The position numbers were made by a program, and so were the translations under genes. From Alphaproteobacteria bacterium (GTDB taxonomy: Bacteria; Pseudomonadota; Alphaproteobacteria; Rickettsiales; UBA8987), in the NCBI GenBank assembly GCA_031426355.1, contig JANPLD010000118.1, positions 3,477 through 67,476 on the forward strand: 64,000 nucleotides of DNA. Direction: 5' to 3'. How positions within the stretch are numbered: the stretch's first letter is position 1; the number at the start of each line of letters is the position of its first letter. Shown here in pieces: positions 1-9,368 of this stretch. The notes under the pieces are model-generated. The model was not told the DNA's origin and made no database searches. It saw only the letters and a list, made by a program, of their open reading frames with translations.

Positions 1-167
1 TGGAAATTTACCATCTAATAAGGTAACACTATATTATGTAAAAAACTTTTTCAAAAAAACTATTAGCACTACGAATAAAGGTTCCAACCAATTATAAATC
101 CCATCAGAAAAATATTTCAAAAAAGTTTTTCTAAACTATCCTGATATTTTATTTCTCAGGAAAACTT

Positions 168-2117
168 ATGACTAAGCAGAATATTTTTGATAACTCACCT
201 ACTTCGCGCGTTACTTCAGAACAATACGAAACCACTTATCAGGAATCAATTACCGAAAATGATAAATTCTGGGGCAAGGCAGCCAAACAATTCCTCACCT
301 TCGAAAAAAAATGGGATAAAATTTCTGACTGGTCTTTCAAAAAAGACGATGTTCACATTAAATGGTTTGAAGGCGCTAAGCTTAATGTCTGCAATAACTG
401 CGTAGACAGGCACTTACCAAAGCGCGCCAGCCAGATAGCCATAATATGGGAAGGCGATAATCCTGATCAAAGCAAAAAAATAACGTACTCCGAACTCCAT
501 AAGGAAGTCTGCAAATTCGCAAACATCCTGAAAAATATCGGCGTTAAAAAATCCGATGTCGTCACCATTTACATGCCCATGATACCGGAAGCCGCTTATG
601 CTATGCTAGGCTGCGCTCGCATCGGCGCCATACATTCGGTCGTATTCGGCGGCTTCTCCTCCGAAGCATTAAAAGGTCGCATCGAAGACGGCAAATCAAA
701 ATTCGTCATCACCACTGAATCTGGCAACCGCGGCGGTAAAAAAACTCCGCTACTTGAGAATGTAACTGAGGCAGTAAAAAGCTTAGAAGGAATAAAAATT
801 TTAGTTATAGAATCCAAGAATCCAAATACTCAAGAATCTAAGAATCAATATTTCAACTATTCCACTCTCCACCAAACCGCATCTGAAGAATGCGCTTATG
901 AAATTATGGATGCCGAAGACCCGCTCTTTATCCTCTACACTTCTGGCTCCACCGGAAAACCTAAAGGCTTGGTCCACACATCAGCCGGATATTTACTCTA
1001 CACCGCCATTACTCACAAATACACTTTCGATTATCAGGATGGTGACATTTACTGGTGCACCGCAGATGTCGGCTGGGTCACCGGCCACAGTTATATAATT
1101 TACGGCCCTCTTGCCAACGGCGCCACCACCTTAATGTTTGAAGGCATACCTACTTATCCGGACGCCTCCCGCTTCTGGCAGGTAATTGATAAACATAAAA
1201 TCACGCAGTTCTATACCGCACCCACCGCCATACGTTCACTGATGGGCGCTGGCGATAATTTCGTTGAAAAAACCTCGCGCAAATCACTCCGCATTCTGGG
1301 AACAGTCGGCGAACCAATCAACCCCGAAGCATGGCGCTGGTATCACAAGATCGTCGGGAGCAGCAATTGCCCAATAGTCGACACATGGTGGCAAACCGAA
1401 ACCGGTGGCTTCCTTATTACTCCCCTACCATATGCCATCCCACAAAAACCTGGCTCTGCAACAAAACCATTCTTTGGCATCAAGCCCGCAATCGTAGACG
1501 ATAAAAACAACATCCTAACTTCCAATCCCCAACTCCCAATTCCCACAGTAGAAGGCAGCCTCTGCATCCTAAACTCATGGCCGGGACAAGCCCGCACCAT
1601 CTGGGGAGACCACCAGAGATTTGTCGAAACCTATTTTACCACCTTCCCCGGGAAATATTTTTCCGGCGATGGTGCAAGGCAGGATGAAGACGGTTATTTC
1701 TGGATTACTGGTCGCGTAGATGATGTTATAAATGTATCCGGCCACCGCCTTGGCACCGCCGAGGTGGAATCCGCCCTCGTGCTCCACCATTCAATTGCCG
1801 AAGCCGCCGTTGTAGGTTACCCGCACGATATTAAAGGTCAGGGCATTTATGCTTACGTAACTTTAAAGCAGAATATTAACCCGAGTGATCAACTTAAAAA
1901 AGAACTGGTCGAATTGGTAAAAAAAGAGATTTCCGCAATTGCCAAACCGGATGTTATCCAGTTCACTCCCGCTCTTCCAAAAACCCGCTCAGGAAAAATC
2001 ATGAGACGCATCCTCCGCAAGATCGCCGAAAATGATTTCGGCAATCTCGGCGACACCAGAACACTCCTCAACCCTGAAGCAGTTGATGAATTAATTAAAA
2101 ACAGAATCAGTAAATAA
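168..2117 (+). CDS. acs: acetyl-CoA synthetase
   Basis: 649 aa; AMP-binding signature [20 protein letters not shown]-terminal [11 protein letters not shown]; full-length ACS architecture. Confidence 0.95.
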   Translation: MTKQNIFDNSPTSRVTSEQYETTYQESITENDKFWGKAAKQFLTFEKKWDKISDWSFKKDDVHIKWFEGAKLNVCNNCVDRHLPKRASQIAIIWEGDNPDQSKKITYSELHKEVCKFANILKNIGVKKSDVVTIYMPMIPEAAYAMLGCARIGAIHSVVFGGFSSEALKGRIEDGKSKFVITTESGNRGGKKTPLLENVTEAVKSLEGIKILVIESKNPNTQESKNQYFNYSTLHQTASEECAYEIMDAEDPLFILYTSGSTGKPKGLVHTSAGYLLYTAITHKYTFDYQDGDIYWCTADVGWVTGHSYIIYGPLANGATTLMFEGIPTYPDASRFWQVIDKHKITQFYTAPTAIRSLMGAGDNFVEKTSRKSLRILGTVGEPINPEAWRWYHKIVGSSNCPIVDTWWQTETGGFLITPLPYAIPQKPGSATKPFFGIKPAIVDDKNNILTSNPQLPIPTVEGSLCILNSWPGQARTIWGDHQRFVETYFTTFPGKYFSGDGARQDEDGYFWITGRVDDVINVSGHRLGTAEVESALVLHHSIAEAAVVGYPHDIKGQGIYAYVTLKQNINPSDQLKKELVELVKKEISAIAKPDVIQFTPALPKTRSGKIMRRILRKIAENDFGNLGDTRTLLNPEAVDELIKNRISK

Positions 2118-2119
2118 TA

Positions 2120-2578
2120 ATGAAAATCTTATTCGTATGCCTTGGTAACATCTGCCGCAGTCCCACCGCTCAAGGCGTGATGGAACATCTTGTAAAAAAA
2201 GAAAACCTTCATGATAAAATCTCGGTAGACTCCGCCGGAACCGCCGCATGGCATCATGGCAACCTTGCTGACCCTCGCTCAACAGAACACGCCGCTAAAA
2301 GAGGTTATGACCTAACCCCACAACGCTCCCGCCCGGTAGACCCTTCTGACTTCCACGAGTTTGATCTCATCTTCGCCATGGACAAAAATAACTACAATAA
2401 TTTGCTTGAACTTGCTCCCTCAGTGCATAAAAACAAAGTTAAACTATTCCTAAAAGAACATGGCAATTCCAAAACACATGAAGTGCCTGACCCATATTAT
2501 AAAGGCGAAGAAGGATTTGAAGAAGTGCTAGACCTGCTTGAAGTTGCCTGCGAAAACCTTTTGAATAAAATCAGATAA
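2120..2578 (+). CDS. low-molecular-weight protein-tyrosine phosphatase
   Basis: 152 aa; N-terminal CX5R P-loop (VCLGNICRSP) and DPYY motif; starts 3 nt after acs stop. Confidence 0.9.
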   Translation: MKILFVCLGNICRSPTAQGVMEHLVKKENLHDKISVDSAGTAAWHHGNLADPRSTEHAAKRGYDLTPQRSRPVDPSDFHEFDLIFAMDKNNYNNLLELAPSVHKNKVKLFLKEHGNSKTHEVPDPYYKGEEGFEEVLDLLEVACENLLNKIR

Positions 2579-2621
2579 CATTAAAAATCATTACAAATCA
2601 GAAGATTAGGCAAACAAACCA

Positions 2622-2653
2622 TTAACCTTTTTTTAACATTACTCTGCTATAAT
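2622..2653 (+). promoter_or_regulatory. CtrA-type box plus -10: TTAA-ccttttt-TTAAC-attactctgc-TATAAT
   Basis: Perfect TTAA-N7-TTAAC, N10, TATAAT; -10 ends 26 nt before ATG at 2680. Confidence 0.6.
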
Positions 2654-2878
2654 CTATTAGAACATAGAAACATAGCACAATGCCGGGGAAAATCACCATA
2701 ACCGAACAACAATATGATCTTATAATAAAAGATCTGGTGAAAGCTGCCTTGTAAATAATGCAAATTCAATATTTTCATTTGATGAAAACAGCAATTGGCA
2801 AAGAATAGAAAAGTTATCAGGAATTGCTTTTAATAAATCCCAAGCGAAACTCCAGGTTTTCCTACTGACTTCATATTT

Positions 2879-3673
2879 ATGACCTGCTATAATTCTTCCT
2901 TCGCAGATGCTTTTAACAACAAGGCAAAACCTGGATCAATTGCAGTATTCATGAATGATGGCGATGAGATATTTAATCCTATAAGGGCCTTCAATACGAG
3001 AAACGCCTTAAAAAAATACCTTAATTCCGAACTCCATTACGAAGCAGGATTTTCACCTTATGATTTTATGCTTGTATCACTGTTGGAAGGTGGTTTTTCT
3101 GACAGGATAATAAACCCTGAAGAAGATAGCAGTAAGATAATTGGCGTACCACAAATGGTCGTCGCAGGAAAAAACAAAGATGGCTCAGTTATAAACCCGC
3201 AATATCTGGCAAATATACGCCTGCATAATTTTAGATCCGGACAACCTCTATTCACCGAAGAAGAAATATTACGCTTAAAAACAAATCCGGTAATTCAATA
3301 TTTTAATAGCGATATTGAAACTGAAATAAAATTGGTCCAAAATACCCTTACGGCATATAATGACAATAACATCTCTGAGATTCTCCACGAAAAAACTACG
3401 CATTGGAGCCATATATCAAAATTCCTCGCCTTTTCAGTTGTAGCGCTTCCACCAGTTAACCTTAAGGAAAATACATTGGCCCTGAACATAAGGGCGGAAA
3501 TATTCTCTGACAAAAAAGTAACTCCTAAAGAAGATGCTATCCTTGAAAAAATTGATAACATGTATTTCTTCGACAGAAAAATAGATGATAAGGAAGCTGC
3601 TCAACTTCAAGAACTCAATAAAAGCCTGTTGACACCACAATTCAAGGCAACTGACAAAAACCGCGGGAAGTAA
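2879..3673 (+). CDS. hypothetical protein (orphan); possibly the 3' part of a disrupted gene starting at 2680
   Basis: 264-aa ORF, no recognisable motif, no obvious SD; upstream frames 2680-2878 look coding but hold one in-frame stop and one frame change. Confidence 0.45.
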   Translation: MTCYNSSFADAFNNKAKPGSIAVFMNDGDEIFNPIRAFNTRNALKKYLNSELHYEAGFSPYDFMLVSLLEGGFSDRIINPEEDSSKIIGVPQMVVAGKNKDGSVINPQYLANIRLHNFRSGQPLFTEEEILRLKTNPVIQYFNSDIETEIKLVQNTLTAYNDNNISEILHEKTTHWSHISKFLAFSVVALPPVNLKENTLALNIRAEIFSDKKVTPKEDAILEKIDNMYFFDRKIDDKEAAQLQELNKSLLTPQFKATDKNRGK

Positions 3674-3713
3674 CTACACAATAAAAGCAACTAATAATAA
3701 ATAGCTGGTTAAA

Positions 3714-4745
3714 CTAAGCCAATACATCCGTAAACAACTCATTAGCATCAGGTTCAGGGCTGGCTTTTGCAAACTCAACGGCCTCTTCAACTATCTGCTT
3801 AACTTTTTTATCGATCACGGAAAATTCTTCTTCACCTGCGATGTTATTTTCGAGGATGAATTTCTGTAAATTGACTATCGGGTCTTTATGCTCCCGGAAT
3901 TCCGCAACTTCTTCTTTCGTTCTATACTTCGCCGGGTCAGACATTGAGTGACCACGATAACGGTAAGTTTTCATTTCCAGGAGTAACGGCCCTTTCCCGC
4001 TTCTTACATATTCAACAGCTTCTTTACCTGCTTCAAAAACCTCCAACACATCCATTCCGTTAACTACTCTTCCCGGAATTCCAAAACCTTCACCACGTTT
4101 ATAATATTCAGCCATTGCAGTAGAACGCTTGGTTGAAGTTCCCATCGCATATTCATTATTCTCAATGATGAATATTGCAGGCAGTTTCCATAGCGCCGCC
4201 ATATTGAAAGTCTCATAAACCTGCCCTTGGTTAGCAGCGCCATCACCAAAATAAGTTACCGAAATATTATCATTCTCACGATATTTATTAGCAAATGCAA
4301 GTCCGGCCCCGAGAGGCACATTCGCGCCGACTATACCGTGTCCACCGTAAAAACCATTCTTAAGGTCAAACATATGCATCGAGCCACCTTTACCGCGTGA
4401 ACAGCCAGTTTCACGCCCCATCAATTCTGCAAATATAACTTTTGGATCAGTTCCCGCTGCAACCATATGTCCGTGGTCCCTGTATGTCGTAATGCTCTGG
4501 TCACCTTTCTTAAGGTTAGCTTGCATTCCCGTGATAACTGCTTCCTGCCCTATATATAAATGGCAGAAACCACCTATCAGCCCCATACCGTATAATGCAC
4601 CCGCGCGCTCTTCAAAACGCCTGATCTGAAGCATCGTATCATAAAACTTAAGTAACTGTTCTTTAGAGTATTTTTTCGGGTTTTTACCATCCCCTTTAAT
4701 AGATTTCACGTTAGAATCCTTTTGCATCACACCGCCTGATTTCAT
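3714..4745 (-). CDS. pdhA: pyruvate dehydrogenase E1 component, alpha subunit
   Basis: 343 aa; TPP-binding GDGAANQG...NN motif, YRYRGHSMSDP phospho-loop-type motif typical of heterotetrameric E1 alpha. Confidence 0.9.
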   Translation of the reverse strand: MKSGGVMQKDSNVKSIKGDGKNPKKYSKEQLLKFYDTMLQIRRFEERAGALYGMGLIGGFCHLYIGQEAVITGMQANLKKGDQSITTYRDHGHMVAAGTDPKVIFAELMGRETGCSRGKGGSMHMFDLKNGFYGGHGIVGANVPLGAGLAFANKYRENDNISVTYFGDGAANQGQVYETFNMAALWKLPAIFIIENNEYAMGTSTKRSTAMAEYYKRGEGFGIPGRVVNGMDVLEVFEAGKEAVEYVRSGKGPLLLEMKTYRYRGHSMSDPAKYRTKEEVAEFREHKDPIVNLQKFILENNIAGEEEFSVIDKKVKQIVEEAVEFAKASPEPDANELFTDVLA

Positions 4746-4874
4746 GAAAAAACCTTGTTCATTATAGCATAAATTCGAGGCGGAAAATAGTCTAATATTG
4801 ATGATGTTTCAAGTGGAAACCTTCATTGTTCAAATAGTATAAGAACACTATTTTTTTCCTATTATCAGCCCTTC

Positions 4875-4906
4875 TTAACAGTTGCTTAACCTTTCTATGT
4901 TAAAAT
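4875..4906 (+). promoter_or_regulatory. CtrA-type box plus -10: TTAA-cagttgc-TTAAC-ctttctatgt-TAAAAT
   Basis: Perfect TTAA-N7-TTAAC, N10, -10-like hexamer ending 21 nt before ATG 4928. Confidence 0.6.
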
Positions 4907-4927
4907 AGGAAAACCAAAAAGCTTAAA

Positions 4928-6244
4928 ATGGAAGAAGAAGTTAAGAAAAAATTAGAGGAAACCCTTCTTAAAAAACACGTCAATGATAGTGACATTAAGG
5001 CATGGAATGACTGGGTAAAAGAATTGCGTAAAACTAATCCTGGCATTAAAATTCCAGTTAATAATATTATTCTTGAAGATAAAGATTTTTTAGGAAAGAC
5101 CACTATAGATTTTTCAAATTGTACCTTTACCAAATGTATCTTTAAAAATGTAGTTTTCCCAAGCGGAACAGATTTTACAAATTCAGAATTTAAGGGAAGT
5201 AAAATGAGTTCCTGCTTTCTATCATGCAGTAATTTCACAGGATTTAAAGATGATGAAAAATCAAAAATAAGCCTTAACAAATATATAGATTGTATAATAA
5301 CACCCGAAAGCCTAATTAATGCACCACATCTTTCTGATGACCAAAAAAAATATCATGTTTTAAAAGGAGTTGATTGCGAAAACCTTGGAGATAATCTCCG
5401 GTATAAAAAGAAAGCATCGGAAATTAAATGGAATAACAAAGGTACTTTAGGCAAACTTGCTTTTAATTTTGTTGCCCCTTCAGATGGCATTGATGTAATA
5501 AATTTCGGTATAGGTTTTGGTAGCACTACTGTCTCTTTAAGCGAATCACATTACTGTGATAACATTATTCAGGGCATACTTCCCGGTATTATTGTACCCC
5601 CTTCATCAACCGGTCTCAAATGGCATAATTGCTTTTATGACATGAGCATGCAGACCAATTCTACCAACATGGCTAATATGCTAATGATAGGCCCCGGATT
5701 TATAACACCCGACAAGAACATTGGTATTAACCTGGGAATAGGTGGTTTGTTATATAGCATCAAGCAGGATTTTGTAGTTGCCGGTCATAATGAAAAAGTA
5801 ACAAGCGGCCTTAAATTCGTTGATCTTGGAGCGAGGTTTGGTGTTCAATGGAAAGTAAGTAAGGGTCTTGAACTGGAAGCTATTACCAGCACCTCGCTTA
5901 ATTTTGATGGTAGTACCTATCAGTATAATAAATTCTATGGCCCGACACCTCACACAGTCGAAACTTCTTCTCATTCACCTGTAGCACTTCAATTAAATGC
6001 TAAACTTAATATTCCCATTCAGAAACCTTCCAAAAAAGGAAAGGATGAATTCCTACCTGTTCAGATTGAGTTCAGTTACAATCATATGTTCAATGGCACG
6101 CTTGAATATAGCGACCCTTCCGTTAATTTTAAGGAAAAACGAACATTAGATGATGAAGGCTTCTGCGTTAGGGTAAATCTTGCTATCCCCTACAATTACG
6201 GCAAAAAGAACCAACGGATGTTTTTAGAAGGCATGAACCGCTAA
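4928..6244 (+). CDS. pentapeptide-repeat protein with C-terminal beta-barrel-like (autotransporter-like) domain
   Basis: N-terminal WNDWVKELRKTNP lead-in followed by pentapeptide-like repeats (NCTFTKCIFKNVVFPSGTDFTNSEFKGSKMSSCFLSCSNFTGF); C-terminal half has alternating beta-strand pattern and shares VNFKEK and a terminal VRV-type strand with ORF 28043-28843. Confidence 0.55.
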   Translation: MEEEVKKKLEETLLKKHVNDSDIKAWNDWVKELRKTNPGIKIPVNNIILEDKDFLGKTTIDFSNCTFTKCIFKNVVFPSGTDFTNSEFKGSKMSSCFLSCSNFTGFKDDEKSKISLNKYIDCIITPESLINAPHLSDDQKKYHVLKGVDCENLGDNLRYKKKASEIKWNNKGTLGKLAFNFVAPSDGIDVINFGIGFGSTTVSLSESHYCDNIIQGILPGIIVPPSSTGLKWHNCFYDMSMQTNSTNMANMLMIGPGFITPDKNIGINLGIGGLLYSIKQDFVVAGHNEKVTSGLKFVDLGARFGVQWKVSKGLELEAITSTSLNFDGSTYQYNKFYGPTPHTVETSSHSPVALQLNAKLNIPIQKPSKKGKDEFLPVQIEFSYNHMFNGTLEYSDPSVNFKEKRTLDDEGFCVRVNLAIPYNYGKKNQRMFLEGMNR

Positions 6245-7557
6245 TCAACATCACCTAGATTAAGGACAGTTTTCGTATCCTTTATCTTAAGGAATTTTAT
6301 TAGCACAAGCCCCGGAATTGCTATCACTGTACTTATAACAAAGAACCATTCCCAGCTAAGCCCAAGCCCATGTACCGGGTCAACCAAATAACCTGAAGGC
6401 GCGTTCGTTACCCACCGCCCTAGCGACATGAAAGATGTAAGCAGCGCATATTGAGTTGCGGTATACTTACGGTCACATAGTGAACTAAAATAAGCAACGA
6501 AGGCTGCCGTTCCCATTGCGGCCGTCATATTCTCAGCAATTATAACAACCGTTAAAACCGGCAAACTATGTCCAACCATCGCCAACCACGCATAAGTTAA
6601 ATTCGATAAAGTCTGCAAAATCCCAAACCACACCAGTGACTTCACTACACCTATTTTATATATAGCCCAGCCACCTATCATCCCGCCAACTATTGTCATC
6701 AGGAACCCAAAGAATTTTGTTATCTCCGCAACTTCCGTTTTAGAAAATCCCATCTGCTGATAAAAAGGATTCAACATTTTACTTAGCAGCGCATCTCCTA
6801 ATTTATAAAGAACCGCAAACAAAATTATTAACACCCAATTGTCATGCTTTTTAATGAACTGTGCAAATGGCTCAACCACATATTTCGCCAGCCATTTCAT
6901 CAATGATCTTTTATCAAGATTTATCTCCGGACGATGCGGCTCACTTGAAAGAAGCGTTGCAGCGATCGGCAATACAAATGTAAGCGCAACGGTTATAAAG
7001 GCAGTCTTCCACGAATACTGATCAGCAATTATAAGCGCCACACCAGTTGAAACCAACATCCCGATCCTATATCCAAGTATTGACATCCCCGCTCCCGGCC
7101 CTTGCTTATCCTCACTGAGTAATTCAACACGTATGGCGTCATAAGCAATATCATATGTTGCCGAAACGAAAGACATCGCGATCGCAATATAAACAACTCC
7201 CATGATATTCGCCTGCGGGTCAACAAATCCAAGCCTCGCGATCAGGCACGCAATAATCAACTGGCTCACCAGCAACCAGCTTCTTCTCTGCCCCAAGATA
7301 TTATGGAGGAATTTTATTTTCATACCATCAACCAATGGTGACCAGATAAACTTTATCGCAAACGGCAAACCCGCCAAACCGAACAAACCTATATCACGTA
7401 AATTCAAGCCCGATTCCGCAAGCTTAAAAGTATAAGTAATGAATACCAGTGAGAATGGCAGCCCGCTTCCATATCCAAGCGCTGCAATAACAAACATATT
7501 TTTGTTAAAATAGAGGTTATATAACTCCAGGACTGTTTTTTTTGCTTTATTTAACAC
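6241..7557 (-). CDS. ampG: AmpG-family muropeptide/MFS permease
   Basis: 438 aa, ~12 TM; N-terminal GYGSGLPFSL...PFAIKFIWSPLVD pattern typical of AmpG. Confidence 0.8.
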   Translation of the reverse strand: MLNKAKKTVLELYNLYFNKNMFVIAALGYGSGLPFSLVFITYTFKLAESGLNLRDIGLFGLAGLPFAIKFIWSPLVDGMKIKFLHNILGQRRSWLLVSQLIIACLIARLGFVDPQANIMGVVYIAIAMSFVSATYDIAYDAIRVELLSEDKQGPGAGMSILGYRIGMLVSTGVALIIADQYSWKTAFITVALTFVLPIAATLLSSEPHRPEINLDKRSLMKWLAKYVVEPFAQFIKKHDNWVLIILFAVLYKLGDALLSKMLNPFYQQMGFSKTEVAEITKFFGFLMTIVGGMIGGWAIYKIGVVKSLVWFGILQTLSNLTYAWLAMVGHSLPVLTVVIIAENMTAAMGTAAFVAYFSSLCDRKYTATQYALLTSFMSLGRWVTNAPSGYLVDPVHGLGLSWEWFFVISTVIAIPGLVLIKFLKIKDTKTVLNLGDVD

Positions 7558-7641
7558 TGTTTTACCTATAGTGAATTTTGTAATAACTTACGGTGAGAAC
7601 AACTATCATCGTATAATCATATCATCAAGGAGATAAAATTT

Positions 7642-8121
7642 ATGGCAGATAATAAAGAACAAAATAATCCAGTAGACGAACGCCAGGTTTCGGTGGTCGC
7701 GCAATACGTAAAAGATATTTCTTTTGAAAATCCAAATGCACCTGCAAGCCTTCAGGCGAATGCAGAACGTCCTAACATCAATGTCTCTGTTGATGTTGCT
7801 GCAAAAAAATTACCTGATAACGATCTTTACGAAGTTGATCTTAAAATCGGCGCTCAGGCAAAACGTAACGATGATGTTTTATTTATCACTGAAGTTACTT
7901 ATTCAGGAATATTCACCCTCAAAGCAATCCCTGAAAACGAATTGCAACCGGCACTACTTATATTCTGCCCTACAATGCTTTTCCCATACGCACGCAGAAT
8001 AGTTTCTGATCTTTCCCGTGATGGCGGCTTCCCTGCCCTCATGCTTGACCCTATTGATTTCGGCAGGCTCTACATCCAGCGTATCGAGCAGATGAACAAA
8101 GAAAATAGCAAAAATAGCTAA
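7642..8121 (+). CDS. secB: protein-export chaperone SecB
   Basis: 159 aa; QYVKDISFENPNAP and CPTMLFPYARRIVSDL...GGFPALMLDPIDF are SecB hallmarks. Confidence 0.9.
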   Translation: MADNKEQNNPVDERQVSVVAQYVKDISFENPNAPASLQANAERPNINVSVDVAAKKLPDNDLYEVDLKIGAQAKRNDDVLFITEVTYSGIFTLKAIPENELQPALLIFCPTMLFPYARRIVSDLSRDGGFPALMLDPIDFGRLYIQRIEQMNKENSKNS

Positions 8122-8155
8122 GTTACTTTCAACATTAGTTTAGAGATAGAAATTT

Positions 8156-8195
8156 CTGCTGCTTAAAATAAGTTAAAAAAATTTCTAAGCAGCAG
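8156..8195. terminator. bidirectional hairpin between convergent secB and PEBP-like gene
   Basis: Perfect 10-bp stem ctgctgctta / taagcagcag with 20-nt A-rich loop between two convergent stop codons. Confidence 0.6.
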
Positions 8196-8213
8196 CCTCT
8201 GGAATCTTAAGTA

Positions 8214-9002
8214 TTACTTATTTCTGGTATAAACACCAACAATCTCAGCCGCTTCAATGGCATTTTCCTTAATGGACTGATACGCTTCTTTAGCGCTGTA
8301 ATCTTCCTGAAGATCAAGCTTCTTAACTTTTAGCGCATATACTTTAAAATGGTAGTTATGCACTTTCTCATCATTCCAAGGTGGGCATGGGCCATCCCAG
8401 CCAACATGTTCAGGTTTGTTAGCATTCGGCATAAAATAAGCATAATCATTTATTCCTGCATTTCCGATACTTGGCTGCGTTTTATCAATACCTTTTCCCG
8501 CGCCTTCTTCAATCAGCTTAATATCAGTTGGGATATTGATAAGCGCAAAATGGATGAAATCTTGCCTCGGCTGGCTCGCCGGAATTATCTTTCCTTTCTT
8601 ATTCGCATCTACAAAATCCGTTGGTACATCTGTATCAACCACAATTACTGCGAAGGATTTTGTTCCATTTGGCATACCATTCCAGAATATCGCCGGGCGA
8701 AGATTCTCCCCAGTACCATCTTCCTTGCCAACACAATAAGCATATTTAGGATCAATTAATTTTCCATCCGCAAGCCCGTCAACTTTTACTGTCAGTATTT
8801 CACTTGGGTCTTTCTCTGCAATTTCCTGCTTCTCTTCTATATTACTTTCCTGAGGTTCTTCCTGCTCGCTGATCACCGGCGTAGATTCAGCCGGGCTTTC
8901 CTTAACACCCTCAACTACAGCTTCATCAACAGCTATATGCTTGCTTTTGAATATGATCGCCGCAACTATGATTATAGTCAAAAGAACAATGATTTTTTTC
9001 AT
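8214..9002 (-). CDS. YbhB/YbcL (PEBP/Raf-kinase-inhibitor-like) family protein with N-terminal membrane anchor
   Basis: 262 aa; N-terminal TM helix, E-rich linker, then FAVIVVDTDVP...FIHFALINIP...WDGPCPP...HNYHFKVYAL typical of bacterial PEBP. Confidence 0.8.
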   Translation of the reverse strand: MKKIIVLLTIIIVAAIIFKSKHIAVDEAVVEGVKESPAESTPVISEQEEPQESNIEEKQEIAEKDPSEILTVKVDGLADGKLIDPKYAYCVGKEDGTGENLRPAIFWNGMPNGTKSFAVIVVDTDVPTDFVDANKKGKIIPASQPRQDFIHFALINIPTDIKLIEEGAGKGIDKTQPSIGNAGINDYAYFMPNANKPEHVGWDGPCPPWNDEKVHNYHFKVYALKVKKLDLQEDYSAKEAYQSIKENAIEAAEIVGVYTRNK

Positions 9003-9061
9003 GTATACACCTGATTTGTTAGACGGATATTAATCTTATATGAAAAGCCTGCAAATCAAAT

Positions 9062-9319
9062 TTAATTAAAAAATATCCACACAACAAAAACCAAAGCTAT
9101 CACCACAAAAAATCCAAAATTGAATTTTCTCTTTTTGTAGGAAGTATATTCCGAATATCCAAGTCCGCTTCCAACCTTCCCTATCGAAGCCCGGATCCCT
9201 TTTGTACCAATATTAATTGCCGACCCTTTCTTCCCCAAACTTAAAGACAAACCTGACTTACTCATATTCAACTTCAAGCCTTTAGCTAAAGGTAATATTT
9301 TTCGGAACTTTAATGGCAT
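9062..9319 (-). CDS. small membrane-anchored protein, DUF4236-like
   Basis: 85 aa; N-terminal FRKILPLAKGLKLNMSKSGLSLSLGKKG...IGTKG repeat pattern resembling DUF4236; C-terminal TM helix. Confidence 0.5.
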   Translation of the reverse strand: MPLKFRKILPLAKGLKLNMSKSGLSLSLGKKGSAINIGTKGIRASIGKVGSGLGYSEYTSYKKRKFNFGFFVVIALVFVVWIFFN

Positions 9320-9368
9320 GACTTTTTATATAATTTATTTGAACCTTATATAGACTATATAACTTAAT

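Noticed and set aside
9320-9368. TTAAG-N10-TATATA upstream of the DUF4236-like gene (minus strand)
   Set aside because: Only the proximal half-site is present and the distal position reads AGCA. This could easily arise by chance in AT-rich DNA.
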